Virus record (IMG/VR): IMGVR_UViG_3300026549_000048
Location: 1 to 64,000 of that record
Length of the DNA stretch: 64,000 nt
Source of the DNA: a virus
Lineage: Duplodnaviria > Caudoviricetes
Reading direction: 5' to 3' (one strand)
Shown: positions 7,323-16,840 of the stretch, piece by piece
How positions within the stretch are numbered: the stretch's first letter is position 1
Layout of the letters: every line of letters starts with the position of its first letter
The notes under the pieces: model-generated
Databases searched by the model: none
What the model saw: only the letters and a program-made list of their open reading frames with translations
Told to the model about the DNA's origin: nothing
Position numbers and translations under genes: made by a program

Positions 7323-7501
7323 GAAATCTTTGTTTTTCAAATCAATCAATAAATATTATTTTTAAAATATTTTTTTATTTCACTCAATGATATTGTATTT
7401 TGGCATAATTTTTAAAGAATGCTTTTTATAAAGCTTAAAAAGAACACACATTTGATAATTCTTAATTATCTAATAAAATTATTTTTATCGAGAAGATATT
7501 T

Positions 7502-8593
7502 ATGATGCACGTAAAATTAACAGAAGCGAATAGTTCTCCTTCAATTTTCGAAGAGCAGAATGACATCGTTAAAGTGAGTGGATATGCGGTTCACGAAGGT
7601 ACTTTTAATGACATTACTGTGACCGCAGAAGAACTTCAAAAGTCTGTGCAATCATTAGTGGGAAAACCATTGTTGGTTAACCATTCTAATAATACTACTT
7701 CTGTTGTTGGAAAAATTACGCAAGCAGCAGTTGGAGTTGATCCAACTAATGGTAAAAAAGCTGTTGCTTATGAGGCAAACTTTGATGCCGCAGAAAAAGA
7801 TATTTTACGCAAAATGCAATTAGGTTTCCTTGATTCAACCAGCGTGGGTTTTGGATGCGACCATATATGTAGCATATGTGGATCTGAAATCTGGAAATGC
7901 TCACATTGGTTTGGAGATGACGGATTCCAATTGTTAGCAAAAAATATTGAATTTCATGAATTATCTATTGTTGCTGTTCCAGCCGATAAAGATGCTACCG
8001 TGAAAATTAATTTTTCCGCAGAAGATGCAAAGCGTTTCGAAGAATTAAGAGAACAAAAAGAAAAAATAAGGAGGACTAATATGTCTGATTTTGAAACCAA
8101 ATACAACCAAATAGTTGATGAATTTAATCAATTTAAGATGGATAAAGTAGACGAAATCAACGAACTCCAAGCGCAATTTAAAGCAGAAAAAGATGAATTA
8201 CAAACTGCTAAAGCTGATAAAGATACTGAAATCTTTGCTTTAAAAAATGAAATTGACGCTTTAAAACAAGAAAAAGACGGATTAATGTCTGAAGTTGAAG
8301 AGTTAAAAGCTACTTTTGCAAAAATTGAAGACGAAAAATTATCTAGTTTAAGAACTCAAGTTATGGAATTAAGTAAAAAAGCAAACTTTGGTTTAACTGA
8401 AGAAGAAATCGCAGATATGGGCGAACCAGCTTTAAACCGTTACATTGAAGGATTTAGCCAACAATTAAAACATATGGTTAAAATCGAAGAACCAATTAAA
8501 GAACAAGATGTTCACCAATATCAAGAAGAATCTTCTGAAGATGTTAAATTAAGTGAATCCTTAACTCAAAGACTTACTCAAATTAGAGGATAG
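7502..8593 (+). CDS. Prohead protease fused to a coiled-coil scaffold
   Basis: PLLVNH, STSVGF, CSICG..CSH and FHELSIVAVPAD motifs; acidic coiled-coil C-terminal half. Confidence 0.88.
   Translation: MMHVKLTEANSSPSIFEEQNDIVKVSGYAVHEGTFNDITVTAEELQKSVQSLVGKPLLVNHSNNTTSVVGKITQAAVGVDPTNGKKAVAYEANFDAAEKDILRKMQLGFLDSTSVGFGCDHICSICGSEIWKCSHWFGDDGFQLLAKNIEFHELSIVAVPADKDATVKINFSAEDAKRFEELREQKEKIRRTNMSDFETKYNQIVDEFNQFKMDKVDEINELQAQFKAEKDELQTAKADKDTEIFALKNEIDALKQEKDGLMSEVEELKATFAKIEDEKLSSLRTQVMELSKKANFGLTEEEIADMGEPALNRYIEGFSQQLKHMVKIEEPIKEQDVHQYQEESSEDVKLSESLTQRLTQIRG
8081..8593 (+). CDS. Nested in-frame scaffolding protein
   Basis: AGGAGG at 8069-8074 precedes in-frame ATG8081 (MSDFETKY), at the start of the coiled coil. 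Confidence 0.65.
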   Translation: MSDFETKYNQIVDEFNQFKMDKVDEINELQAQFKAEKDELQTAKADKDTEIFALKNEIDALKQEKDGLMSEVEELKATFAKIEDEKLSSLRTQVMELSKKANFGLTEEEIADMGEPALNRYIEGFSQQLKHMVKIEEPIKEQDVHQYQEESSEDVKLSESLTQRLTQIRG

Positions 8594-8604
8594 GAGCGAT
8601 TTAA

Positions 8605-9108
8605 ATGATTATTTCAAGTGGACAAATATTAACTGGTAGAGCAGCAGCAACCATCACCAATGGTATTAGCAATGTAAAAGATGCAAACGGATATGTAAGA
8701 AGCGCATACAAAGCAGTATGTGTTCCAGACACTATGCCAGCTGAAGACTCTGGTGTAAAAGGTGTATGGGTTGTTGAAGGTGCATCTGGTAAAGATGATA
8801 ATTTTGTTGGTGTAATCGGTGACGATTCTATGCCCGAAGCTAATTTAGGCGCAGCAGATGCATTAGGTAACCGAGAACCTGTATTAGACTGGGGAGCATC
8901 AAGAACCTATCAAGTTGGCGATGTAATGACTTTCGAAAGAAACGGTATGATTTCCGTTATCGCTGGTGGAGCAATCACTGAAGGTGATTGGTTAAAACTT
9001 GGTGCAAACGGAACTTTTGTTAAAAGTAACACCCCAACCAGAATTGGAAGAGCTTATGAATCCGCAGCTGAAGGCGAAAGATTTGAAGCTATGATTGGAT
9101 CTTTATAA
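8605..9108 (+). CDS. Capsid cement/decoration protein
   Basis: Sits between scaffold and MCP; AGGAITEGD...IGRAYESAA (DUF2190-like). Confidence 0.75.
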   Translation: MIISSGQILTGRAAATITNGISNVKDANGYVRSAYKAVCVPDTMPAEDSGVKGVWVVEGASGKDDNFVGVIGDDSMPEANLGAADALGNREPVLDWGASRTYQVGDVMTFERNGMISVIAGGAITEGDWLKLGANGTFVKSNTPTRIGRAYESAAEGERFEAMIGSL

Positions 9109-9120
9109 AGGAGAGATGAA

Positions 9121-10023
9121 ATGATGAACGCAGAACATTTTGCACAAGCACCACAAGTTGGTGAAGGATATTACAGAAATAATAATATCGTTGAACCTGG
9201 TATTATTAAATATTTAGAAGATAAATCTGACTTACGTCAATTCTTCGTACCTAAAAGAATGAACGGAGTTCTTTCTAAAACTTATATAGTAGAAAGAGAA
9301 GAAGGTATTGCAGTTCAAATCGTAGGTAACGCAGAAGTTCCTAGAGCAGAAGATGTAAGACGTAGATTTACTGTACACTTACACAGAAATGCTACTGGTT
9401 ACAAAATTACTGACGATGACAAAAAAATTAACAGAGATGACCCAGGTTGGGAAGCTCGTAAAATGGAAGCTGCATTACGCAGAATGAAGAAAAAAGAAGA
9501 TAAAGACATCATGGATTGTTTCTTTGCTTCTGCACAAGTCATCACATCCCTTGCTTCAACTGACACTTTTGATGTAGATGCTATTTCTTCTACTGTCACC
9601 GATATGATTGCAGCCGCAAGAACCAACACTCAAGGTTATATGACTTTAGAACCTGATGTAATTCTCATGCCTTACGGAATGTTTGTTGAATTACAACAAG
9701 ACCCTAAATTCAAATTTGTGCCTGAGTTATATCAAAACTTACTTTTACAAGCAACCTTAGACGGTTCCTCAAACAGAGGTATCTTATATGGTGATACTGG
9801 ACAAGTTGTTGCAGGTTTAAGAATCATTACTGTTAATGAATTAGTTGACACCGCAATTGTCATTGACAGTCAAAAAGACGCATTTTGGTTATGCGAAGAC
9901 GAAGAACCAACCGTTAACGCATACAGAGATTACGAACACATTTCTGACGTTGTAGATATCAGACACGATGAAGCTCCTGTTTGTATTTACCCTGAATGTG
10001 TCGGTGCCATTAAAAAACAATAA
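9121..10023 (+). CDS. Major capsid protein (HK97 fold)
   Basis: Position and size; GxEVP, PDVILM and AGLRII-type motifs; strong SD. Confidence 0.85.
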   Translation: MMNAEHFAQAPQVGEGYYRNNNIVEPGIIKYLEDKSDLRQFFVPKRMNGVLSKTYIVEREEGIAVQIVGNAEVPRAEDVRRRFTVHLHRNATGYKITDDDKKINRDDPGWEARKMEAALRRMKKKEDKDIMDCFFASAQVITSLASTDTFDVDAISSTVTDMIAAARTNTQGYMTLEPDVILMPYGMFVELQQDPKFKFVPELYQNLLLQATLDGSSNRGILYGDTGQVVAGLRIITVNELVDTAIVIDSQKDAFWLCEDEEPTVNAYRDYEHISDVVDIRHDEAPVCIYPECVGAIKKQ

Positions 10024-10057
10024 ATAAATAATTAATTAAATCATGAGGTGGTAATTT

Positions 10058-10513
10058 ATGGCAGCTAAAAAAACATCTACCAAAAAAGAAACAACTAAAA
10101 AAGAAACCAAAACCAAATCCAAATCAAAAGCTAAATCTAAAAAAGTAAAATTAACTTTTAATCCGATTATGTCAGCGGCTAACAAGTTTACTATTTTACT
10201 TAGGAAACAAGAAATGCAACGAGTCAGAGGGGAAGACATTCCTGTGAATGTTCCATTAATTGAAGGACTCCCTATGAAACTCGTCATTGAAAAAGGAGAA
10301 GTAATTGAAGTTACAGAAGAGCAACTTGAACAACTTGCTCCTTGGGTTGAAACAAAAGAAGAATATGAAAAGAGACAAGAATTTATAGATAATATGAGCG
10401 CTCAACATCCTGAAAACTTAACATGGGATATGATTGTTGCGGAAGGAGGGAATTGGGCTACATTAGCTGACTCTCAACGTATTGTCTATAACGATAAATT
10501 ATTAAGAGTGTAA
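10058..10513 (+). CDS. Virion-associated hypothetical protein, Lys/Thr-rich N-terminus
   Basis: GAGGTGG SD; follows the MCP. Confidence 0.7.
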   Translation: MAAKKTSTKKETTKKETKTKSKSKAKSKKVKLTFNPIMSAANKFTILLRKQEMQRVRGEDIPVNVPLIEGLPMKLVIEKGEVIEVTEEQLEQLAPWVETKEEYEKRQEFIDNMSAQHPENLTWDMIVAEGGNWATLADSQRIVYNDKLLRV

Positions 10514-10515
10514 TT

Positions 10516-10944
10516 ATGTTACAAGTTGGCGATGTAAGAACAATTCTTCGAATAGATGACTCAGAGGATATAACAGATGATGAAATTCAGTCATTTATTA
10601 TGCGTTATACACGTGTAATTATGAGTGAATTAGGACAATCTTTTAAAGAAAGTGAAACGTTATTTAATAATGCTTTATTCGAAGAATGCTTACTCGCTAT
10701 TATCGCTTGTCAATTGAGTAGAACTGATATTGAAATGATTCACGCTCCATCAGAGTATCAAGTTGGAGATACAACTTTAAAATACAATAACACTTCAATG
10801 GGTTTGTATGGTAGCATCCCAAGTTGGTGTGATTATTATGCAAATCTTTTATCCGCTTTAAGCGATAAAAGTTCTGAAATTCAAAATGTGCGAGTCTTTA
10901 GAAGACATGGTATGGCTTGTCGAGAAGGATGGTGGCATATTTGA
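10516..10944 (+). CDS. Head-tail adaptor
   Basis: Position; ITDDEIQSFI...SEYQVGD pattern. Confidence 0.7.
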   Translation: MLQVGDVRTILRIDDSEDITDDEIQSFIMRYTRVIMSELGQSFKESETLFNNALFEECLLAIIACQLSRTDIEMIHAPSEYQVGDTTLKYNNTSMGLYGSIPSWCDYYANLLSALSDKSSEIQNVRVFRRHGMACREGWWHI

Positions 10945-11339
10945 GTTTCTTAACCATTTATAAAAAAAACGAAAGAGTCAAGCAGTATCAAGAAGATTTT
11001 TTTTTATTAAAAAAAGGGCTATCAAACACAAAAAATGAATTTGGTTTCGCAAAGGAAGAGTATGTTCCTATTCAACAAATTCACGGCATTATTCAAAAGC
11101 CACAGGAACAGCAAATAGATTTTAAGGGAGAAGAATCTAATCCAATGTATACTGGATATTTTCTCCCTGAATTTATCTTAAATACATCTGAGGTTGCAGA
11201 TTATCGTATTAAGTATATTCGCCCTCATGAAACACTTATTTTAAAAATAGATGAATATAATCCAAACTTATTTTTAAAAGGAAAACGAGATCATATTCAG
11301 TTAGAATTAATCTTGGAAAAAAAATATGAGGGGGACTGA
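10941..11339 (+). CDS. Head closure (stopper) protein; probable TTG start at 10941
   Basis: Position; NEFG...IHGIIQ pattern; TTG overlaps the upstream stop. Confidence 0.6.
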   Translation: MSFLTIYKKNERVKQYQEDFFLLKKGLSNTKNEFGFAKEEYVPIQQIHGIIQKPQEQQIDFKGEESNPMYTGYFLPEFILNTSEVADYRIKYIRPHETLILKIDEYNPNLFLKGKRDHIQLELILEKKYEGD

Positions 11340-11341
11340 TT

Positions 11342-12085
11342 ATGGGTAGAGGATATGCTGGAAAAGATGCATCTGCGTTTATTTATACAGAATATGAATA
11401 TGCAGGAAGCGAATTTTATAACGAAATGGAGTTTCTTGATTATCTGAGTTATAATTTACAAATGGCGACGGATACAAAAACATATCAGCATCATATACCA
11501 GACATAGCGGATTTAGCCGTACAATTTGCTCAAGATCTTGTTCATAGCAATGGAACATATAGAACAGGAAGATTGCATGATAGTATCAAATGGAATCCAA
11601 CCCCCAATGGTTTTACGTTAAGTGCTGACGCTCGTGATGATTATGGCTCCGCATATGCAGGACATATCGAATATGGTTTTGTAGGAAGAGATGGAATGCC
11701 ACACGGCCCATGGCCGTTTTTACGACCAGCTATGCGTATGGCGGCAGAAGCTTCCAAGGGAATGTTTGCCGAAGATGCGGCAGATGCTATATTTTTTGGA
11801 AGTACAAACGATACCCTTGCTTTTGGACGTGCAGATATCCGACATTTATTAGGAAACAGTAAATGGGCTCGATCTAATAGATCTAGTCACGTTCATGGCG
11901 TTAGACGAGAATTTGGATCAAAAGGGAATAGTACTAAGCGATGGAGACATGCACAACATGGTATTGACCATATGAAAGGATTAAAAAATGATACCACAAA
12001 AGAAGGTAAAGAGATTTATTCATCATTTCAAAATAATTTTGGAAATACTATGAGTTCAACTGCTTTTAGGTGGGGTGAATTATAA
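11342..12085 (+). CDS. HK97 gp10-like neck/tail-completion protein
   Basis: RTGRLHDSI, YAGHIEYG and PWPFLRPA motifs. Confidence 0.85.
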   Translation: MGRGYAGKDASAFIYTEYEYAGSEFYNEMEFLDYLSYNLQMATDTKTYQHHIPDIADLAVQFAQDLVHSNGTYRTGRLHDSIKWNPTPNGFTLSADARDDYGSAYAGHIEYGFVGRDGMPHGPWPFLRPAMRMAAEASKGMFAEDAADAIFFGSTNDTLAFGRADIRHLLGNSKWARSNRSSHVHGVRREFGSKGNSTKRWRHAQHGIDHMKGLKNDTTKEGKEIYSSFQNNFGNTMSSTAFRWGEL

Positions 12086-12864
12086 TGATAACAAATCAGG
12101 TGACACGAGCTGCCTTTGAGTTATTAGGAGATCCTACAGCCGAGGGATATGGATTAACTGTTGGAAATGAAGTTATTCCGATTTTTCTTAATAAAGATAA
12201 AACAACAAAATATCCTGCGATTAGAGTAGCTCCATTTATCAATAAAGGTGATGTACGATATGACAAATATATCGATAAATCAAAACGTGGATATGAACAT
12301 TGGGAATACGGTGTATTTCAGGTTGATATCTATACACGTAATCTTATTCAAGCTCAAAAAATCTATGATGTTATAGCTAAAAGAATTTTTGATTTTTTTA
12401 ATCTTGAAACTGTTGTGTTTAATTATACTCGTGATTTCCAGCTTGTAGATGAATATACATATAAGACAATTGCTTACGCATTACTTGATGACCAGTTTTT
12501 TAAAGATGTTTATGGGGTTAGAATTGATAAAAAAATTATTCATCGCGTACATTCTTTAGATGACCTGCATATGAACTGTTTTTATGTAGACGATCATTTT
12601 TTCTACATTAAAACAGATCAAAATATTAAACACATTGAGATTAAAATGCTGATGCAAGGTCGATTATTTTCAAATGGTTTTGCTTATTCAGATAATGGAC
12701 TCCATGACTATACTTTATCAAAACAAAGAAATTTAAGTACATTGGAGGACAATGAAGTTGAGAGAATTTCATTTGATTTAGAACTCTTGTTCAGTAGTAA
12801 AATTAAAAGAGAAAAATTACCACAAATTGATAAGATTATTTATCCAAAACCAAATGTCAGGTGA
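12085..12864 (+). CDS. Putative tail terminator
   Basis: Position before the sheath; KYPAI and FQVDIY motifs. Confidence 0.6.
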   Translation: MITNQVTRAAFELLGDPTAEGYGLTVGNEVIPIFLNKDKTTKYPAIRVAPFINKGDVRYDKYIDKSKRGYEHWEYGVFQVDIYTRNLIQAQKIYDVIAKRIFDFFNLETVVFNYTRDFQLVDEYTYKTIAYALLDDQFFKDVYGVRIDKKIIHRVHSLDDLHMNCFYVDDHFFYIKTDQNIKHIEIKMLMQGRLFSNGFAYSDNGLHDYTLSKQRNLSTLEDNEVERISFDLELLFSSKIKREKLPQIDKIIYPKPNVR

Positions 12865-12868
12865 TAAA

Positions 12869-13072
12869 ATGGCAAAAAAAGAGAAAGTTGAAAAAAAGGT
12901 TACAAAAAAGCAACCAGAAAAAAAAGTACGATTATACTCATTAGAGGAATTAGCTACTTTACTTGGAGTTACAATTCCAAAAATGAGATCTTTGTATTTA
13001 ATTAGAGGTTTAGATAAAAATAAAAAGTTTTCTCTTGAGGAAGCTTATGAAGAATTTAAAAATATAGCGTGA
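12869..13072 (+). CDS. Small basic hypothetical protein (start at 12869)
   Basis: AGGTGA SD before ATG12869. Confidence 0.65.
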   Translation: MAKKEKVEKKVTKKQPEKKVRLYSLEELATLLGVTIPKMRSLYLIRGLDKNKKFSLEEAYEEFKNIA

Positions 13073-13076
13073 TAAC

Positions 13077-14828
13077 ATGGTACAAGGAATACCGATTTTT
13101 AAAGTAACTTTATCTGAAGGTTTATTTAACCAAGATGCAGACTCTGATAAGCTTTTTGCATACGCTATTGAAGCAAACAAAGGACCTATTGGAGAGCCAA
13201 TATTTGTTGCCTCTAATGATGAAGCAAAACGCATTTTTGGCGTTAACTTTGCTCCTCACTTTTATCAAAACGGAGCAGGACTTATATTATATAGAGTTAA
13301 ATTCCAAGACGCTGTTGCTCCATCTCTAACGTACAAAGCTTATACTAAAGATTATACAGAAGCAGAATTAAAAAATGATGAACTTGAAAAATCTACCGTA
13401 GATATTATTAAGATTACATCTACTACAGCTGGAACCCCTAAACATAAAATTAATTTAAGTCGTTCCATTACGTCAGCGAATGCATATAATTTAACCGTAA
13501 CAATTGATGGGGTAGGTTCTAAAAAATATCAAAACATTTCAAGTTTAACAAATGTTGTTAAAAGAATCAACAGCAAATTTGCTGAATATATTAAAGCAGA
13601 GTTATTAGTTGATGAAAAAGCGATGTTGACTGTTCCAGATGGAAAAGTTTTAGTTAAAACTGCCGATGGTTACGAAGTTAAATCAACCGCTGCAGCTGGA
13701 GACACCGTTGTTTCAGAAGGTAAATTTAACCCATCTAGAGTATTTTACGAAAAAGATAATCAAGGAAAAATTATTGATACATTAAGTGGCGGTTCCAATG
13801 GTAAATTATTAACAACTAAAGGTGATGTATCTACTACAGAAATTCCAGATAATGGATTACAAGTAGGTATGGAAGGAACTGGAACTGGGGATAACGATGC
13901 TAATGTTGATACTACATTATTATATGCTTATAGGGCTGCATTTGAAGCTTTAGAAGATATTAATTTATTAGGTGTAGCTACATTAAGTAATTCAGAAGTA
14001 GTTCAAAATGAACTCGTTGCTCATATTGAGAAATTAATTGACCCTGAAGTTGCTAAATACAGATTTGGTGTAACTGGATTCTTAAGTTACCCAGGAAAAG
14101 ATAATCAAGGTAGAATTAATCCAAATACCGTTGTTGATGTTGATACTTTAACTGAAGCTACATCTCATATTGATAATCCATTTATTGTATTTATTGGACA
14201 AGGTGTTGTATTTGAAGAAGATGGAGTACAATATAATTTATTACCTCACGAAGCCGTCCAATTATACACTGGTATTAGAAGTAAATTAGAATATCATCAG
14301 GCTATTTTCGGAGGAGCAAACAACAAACTCTTAAATGGTGTTAAAGATGTATTACCTTTAACCAACGATGGAGCAGATATCTATAAAGAAGATAGAATTA
14401 CTCTTAATGAAGCTGGAGTAATGACATTCTTGAAAAAATACGGAGTTACTTTCTTGCAAGGTGTAACCACTGCTCAAGATGATGTTGTATTATCCTATGA
14501 ATCCATTATGAGTATCGTAGTGTATGTTTTAAGACAATTAGTAGATGTCGCATGGCCGTTTATGGGAGAAACTCTTACTGAAGATATTAAAACTGGTTTC
14601 ATCAATGCATTATCTGAAACTCTTAAAAATATTATGGACACAGACAATTCCTTAATGGCTTTAGAAGATTATAATATTGCCCCATATGATGTTGAAATTC
14701 GAGCAATTACTACGGCTGGTTTCAATGAAGCTGGAAAACTTGTAAGGGAAAATAAACTTCTTGCAATTGTTAAAATTGTTCCTAGAGGAGCTATTGATGT
14801 AATTGAATTAAGTGTAGTGGTAATCTAA
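13077..14828 (+). CDS. Contractile tail sheath protein
   Basis: KGPIGEP N-terminal motif, LSGG, LNEAGV, FMGE, IVPRGAIDVIEL C-terminus. Confidence 0.9.
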   Translation: MVQGIPIFKVTLSEGLFNQDADSDKLFAYAIEANKGPIGEPIFVASNDEAKRIFGVNFAPHFYQNGAGLILYRVKFQDAVAPSLTYKAYTKDYTEAELKNDELEKSTVDIIKITSTTAGTPKHKINLSRSITSANAYNLTVTIDGVGSKKYQNISSLTNVVKRINSKFAEYIKAELLVDEKAMLTVPDGKVLVKTADGYEVKSTAAAGDTVVSEGKFNPSRVFYEKDNQGKIIDTLSGGSNGKLLTTKGDVSTTEIPDNGLQVGMEGTGTGDNDANVDTTLLYAYRAAFEALEDINLLGVATLSNSEVVQNELVAHIEKLIDPEVAKYRFGVTGFLSYPGKDNQGRINPNTVVDVDTLTEATSHIDNPFIVFIGQGVVFEEDGVQYNLLPHEAVQLYTGIRSKLEYHQAIFGGANNKLLNGVKDVLPLTNDGADIYKEDRITLNEAGVMTFLKKYGVTFLQGVTTAQDDVVLSYESIMSIVVYVLRQLVDVAWPFMGETLTEDIKTGFINALSETLKNIMDTDNSLMALEDYNIAPYDVEIRAITTAGFNEAGKLVRENKLLAIVKIVPRGAIDVIELSVVVI

Positions 14829-14840
14829 GGAGGATAAAAC

Positions 14841-15296
14841 ATGGCTAATGAAAATTCAACTCGTCTCTGGGTAAATGGTTATATTTTGCTCGGACAAAAA
14901 ACCCGTATCGAGGTAGAAGAAGTATCTGTCGATTTATCTCGAGATTTAAAAGAACATTACAACTCTGGAATTTCCAAACCAAATGCTTTAATCCCTGGTC
15001 AAGAAAAAATTGATTTTAAAATCAAAAGAATTTTTTCTGATGTTACATTAGCTAAAATCTACGAAAAAAGATGTTCTTTTTCAATGATTTTATTCAACAA
15101 CTCTTCAGACCCAGGAAATAATACCACCGGTGAACAAGTATGTGCATTAAGTGGATGTATGCTCTCTAAAGAATCCTTAAGTGGATTAGGTAGAGGAGAT
15201 GCAGTAACTGAAGATGTTGACGGAAAAGCATTAGATATTACTTGGAATATCACAGAAATTGCAAAAATGATTAACCCTGCTTGTGCAAACTTGTAG
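14841..15296 (+). CDS. Tail tube protein
   Basis: 151 aa, immediately after the sheath, beta-rich pattern. Confidence 0.8.
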   Translation: MANENSTRLWVNGYILLGQKTRIEVEEVSVDLSRDLKEHYNSGISKPNALIPGQEKIDFKIKRIFSDVTLAKIYEKRCSFSMILFNNSSDPGNNTTGEQVCALSGCMLSKESLSGLGRGDAVTEDVDGKALDITWNITEIAKMINPACANL

Positions 15297-15356
15297 GTAA
15301 AAGATATAATTAATTTATATCTTAATTTTTTATTTTTTAATTGATGGAAAGATACA

Positions 15357-15833
15357 ATGAAATTACAGTTTACTGTTGATAAACAACAACTTCATCGAAC
15401 AGATGATGAAATTATTGCATCATACTCTAAGAATTTTATACGATGTGAGTTTAAATGCAAATGTATGTGGTCTGATATATATAAATACGCACTTTTTGTA
15501 GATGTTAAAGGAGAAAAATTCATTGTTGATTTAGGATATGGTAAAAAAGTTCAATGTCGAGTTCCATCTGAAGTATTAAAAGGAAACTATTTTTTAGTAA
15601 GTATATTTGGAGCAAATAGACTTACAACCACACAAGAAACAATATTAATTCAACCATCTGGTTTTACAGATTCAGTTGAGGATTTATTGGAATCTGATTC
15701 TTTTGGAGATTTAGATGTTATTTCAACGAGTTCTGATGTTGTTGAAGATGATCGTCCAAAATGGGTTACTTGTTTTCATGGTTATTCGATTCTAAAGAAT
15801 CCGCAACACGACGAACATTTGTATTACTATTAG
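15357..15833 (+). CDS. Hypothetical structural protein (BppU-like N-terminus)
   Basis: FTVDKQQLHRTD...SKNFIRCEF...W pattern seen in phage tail proteins. Confidence 0.5.
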   Translation: MKLQFTVDKQQLHRTDDEIIASYSKNFIRCEFKCKCMWSDIYKYALFVDVKGEKFIVDLGYGKKVQCRVPSEVLKGNYFLVSIFGANRLTTTQETILIQPSGFTDSVEDLLESDSFGDLDVISTSSDVVEDDRPKWVTCFHGYSILKNPQHDEHLYYY

Positions 15834-15904
15834 TTTTTAAAAAACATATTTAATAAAACCTCTTAAAAATATTTTTATAATAATTTTAATTAAGAGGTTA
15901 TAAA

Positions 15905-16630
15905 ATGGGATATCAAGAAAACTACGTAATTGATAATGAAGATTTTGAAGTTGAAAAACCAGTTGTAACAAAAACTGCGGAACCAGTTAGAATTAATCAA
16001 AATACCAGATATGCAGAATCAGAAGCTATTCAGCCAGTAGATATGGAAGCTGATGTTATTCAAGAAATACATGACACAGCGGTAGCTGAAGGATTAGTTG
16101 CAGAACACGAAGGTCCTTTTGGAGGAGAAGGAACTCCATCCCCACAAGACGTTATATCTGATTTTATCGGACAAGAAAGACCAGAAGCTGTCGAAGAAAA
16201 AATTGAAGAGTATACCGATAAAAAAGTAGAAAAAACTAAAAAAGTAATGGCTACTCGTGAAATTTTAACTGGTATGTCTAAACGATTAATTGATGTAAGT
16301 GTATCAGTAGTATTAGATGTGCAGCAAAATGATGGAACTGTTGCACCAGAATTAATTGATTTACAATTAAAAGTAAAAAGATTAACAGAATCACAAGTCA
16401 ATCATTTATTTAATCGTCGTATGGCAGGAAAAACAGTTGATGAAATGACCCCAGAGGAGCTTCAGGAAGATAATCATTTTAGAAGCAAATTTTTAGCAAC
16501 AGCAGTTGTAGAGCCTAAAATGAGCGCAGATGATTGGTATAACGATGTCCCTGCGATTGTTACTGGTACTATTTTTAATGCCGTTAATGACGCATTAAAT
16601 TCTGTTGATAATACCGAATTATTTCAATGA
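15905..16630 (+). CDS. Tail assembly chaperone (G-like)
   Basis: Acidic protein between tube and tape measure; VKRLT...AVVEPKM. Confidence 0.75.
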   Translation: MGYQENYVIDNEDFEVEKPVVTKTAEPVRINQNTRYAESEAIQPVDMEADVIQEIHDTAVAEGLVAEHEGPFGGEGTPSPQDVISDFIGQERPEAVEEKIEEYTDKKVEKTKKVMATREILTGMSKRLIDVSVSVVLDVQQNDGTVAPELIDLQLKVKRLTESQVNHLFNRRMAGKTVDEMTPEELQEDNHFRSKFLATAVVEPKMSADDWYNDVPAIVTGTIFNAVNDALNSVDNTELFQ

Positions 16631-16826
16631 ATATTATGAAATGATTGAAGATAACGCAATTATGCAAATGGATGGAGAGCTTTGTTTGATTCTAAGAAAG
16701 ACTCCATCTCAAATTTATCAGTTAGAACAAAAAGGATTATTATCATATGAGGAAAAAGTGTTTTTATGGGCATTTAGTAGATGGAGGACAAATTTTCAAT
16801 TAGAAAATCATACATCACTATTTTAA
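16623..16826 (+). CDS. Chaperone extension (T-like), probably reached by +1 frameshift
   Basis: +1-frame ORF overlapping TTA-TTT-CAA-TGA; no SD; KTPSQI motif; precedes the TMP. Confidence 0.6.
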   Translation, partial: FNEYYEMIEDNAIMQMDGELCLILRKTPSQIYQLEQKGLLSYEEKVFLWAFSRWRTNFQLENHTSLF

Positions 16827-16840
16827 TGGAGTTTGAGTAA

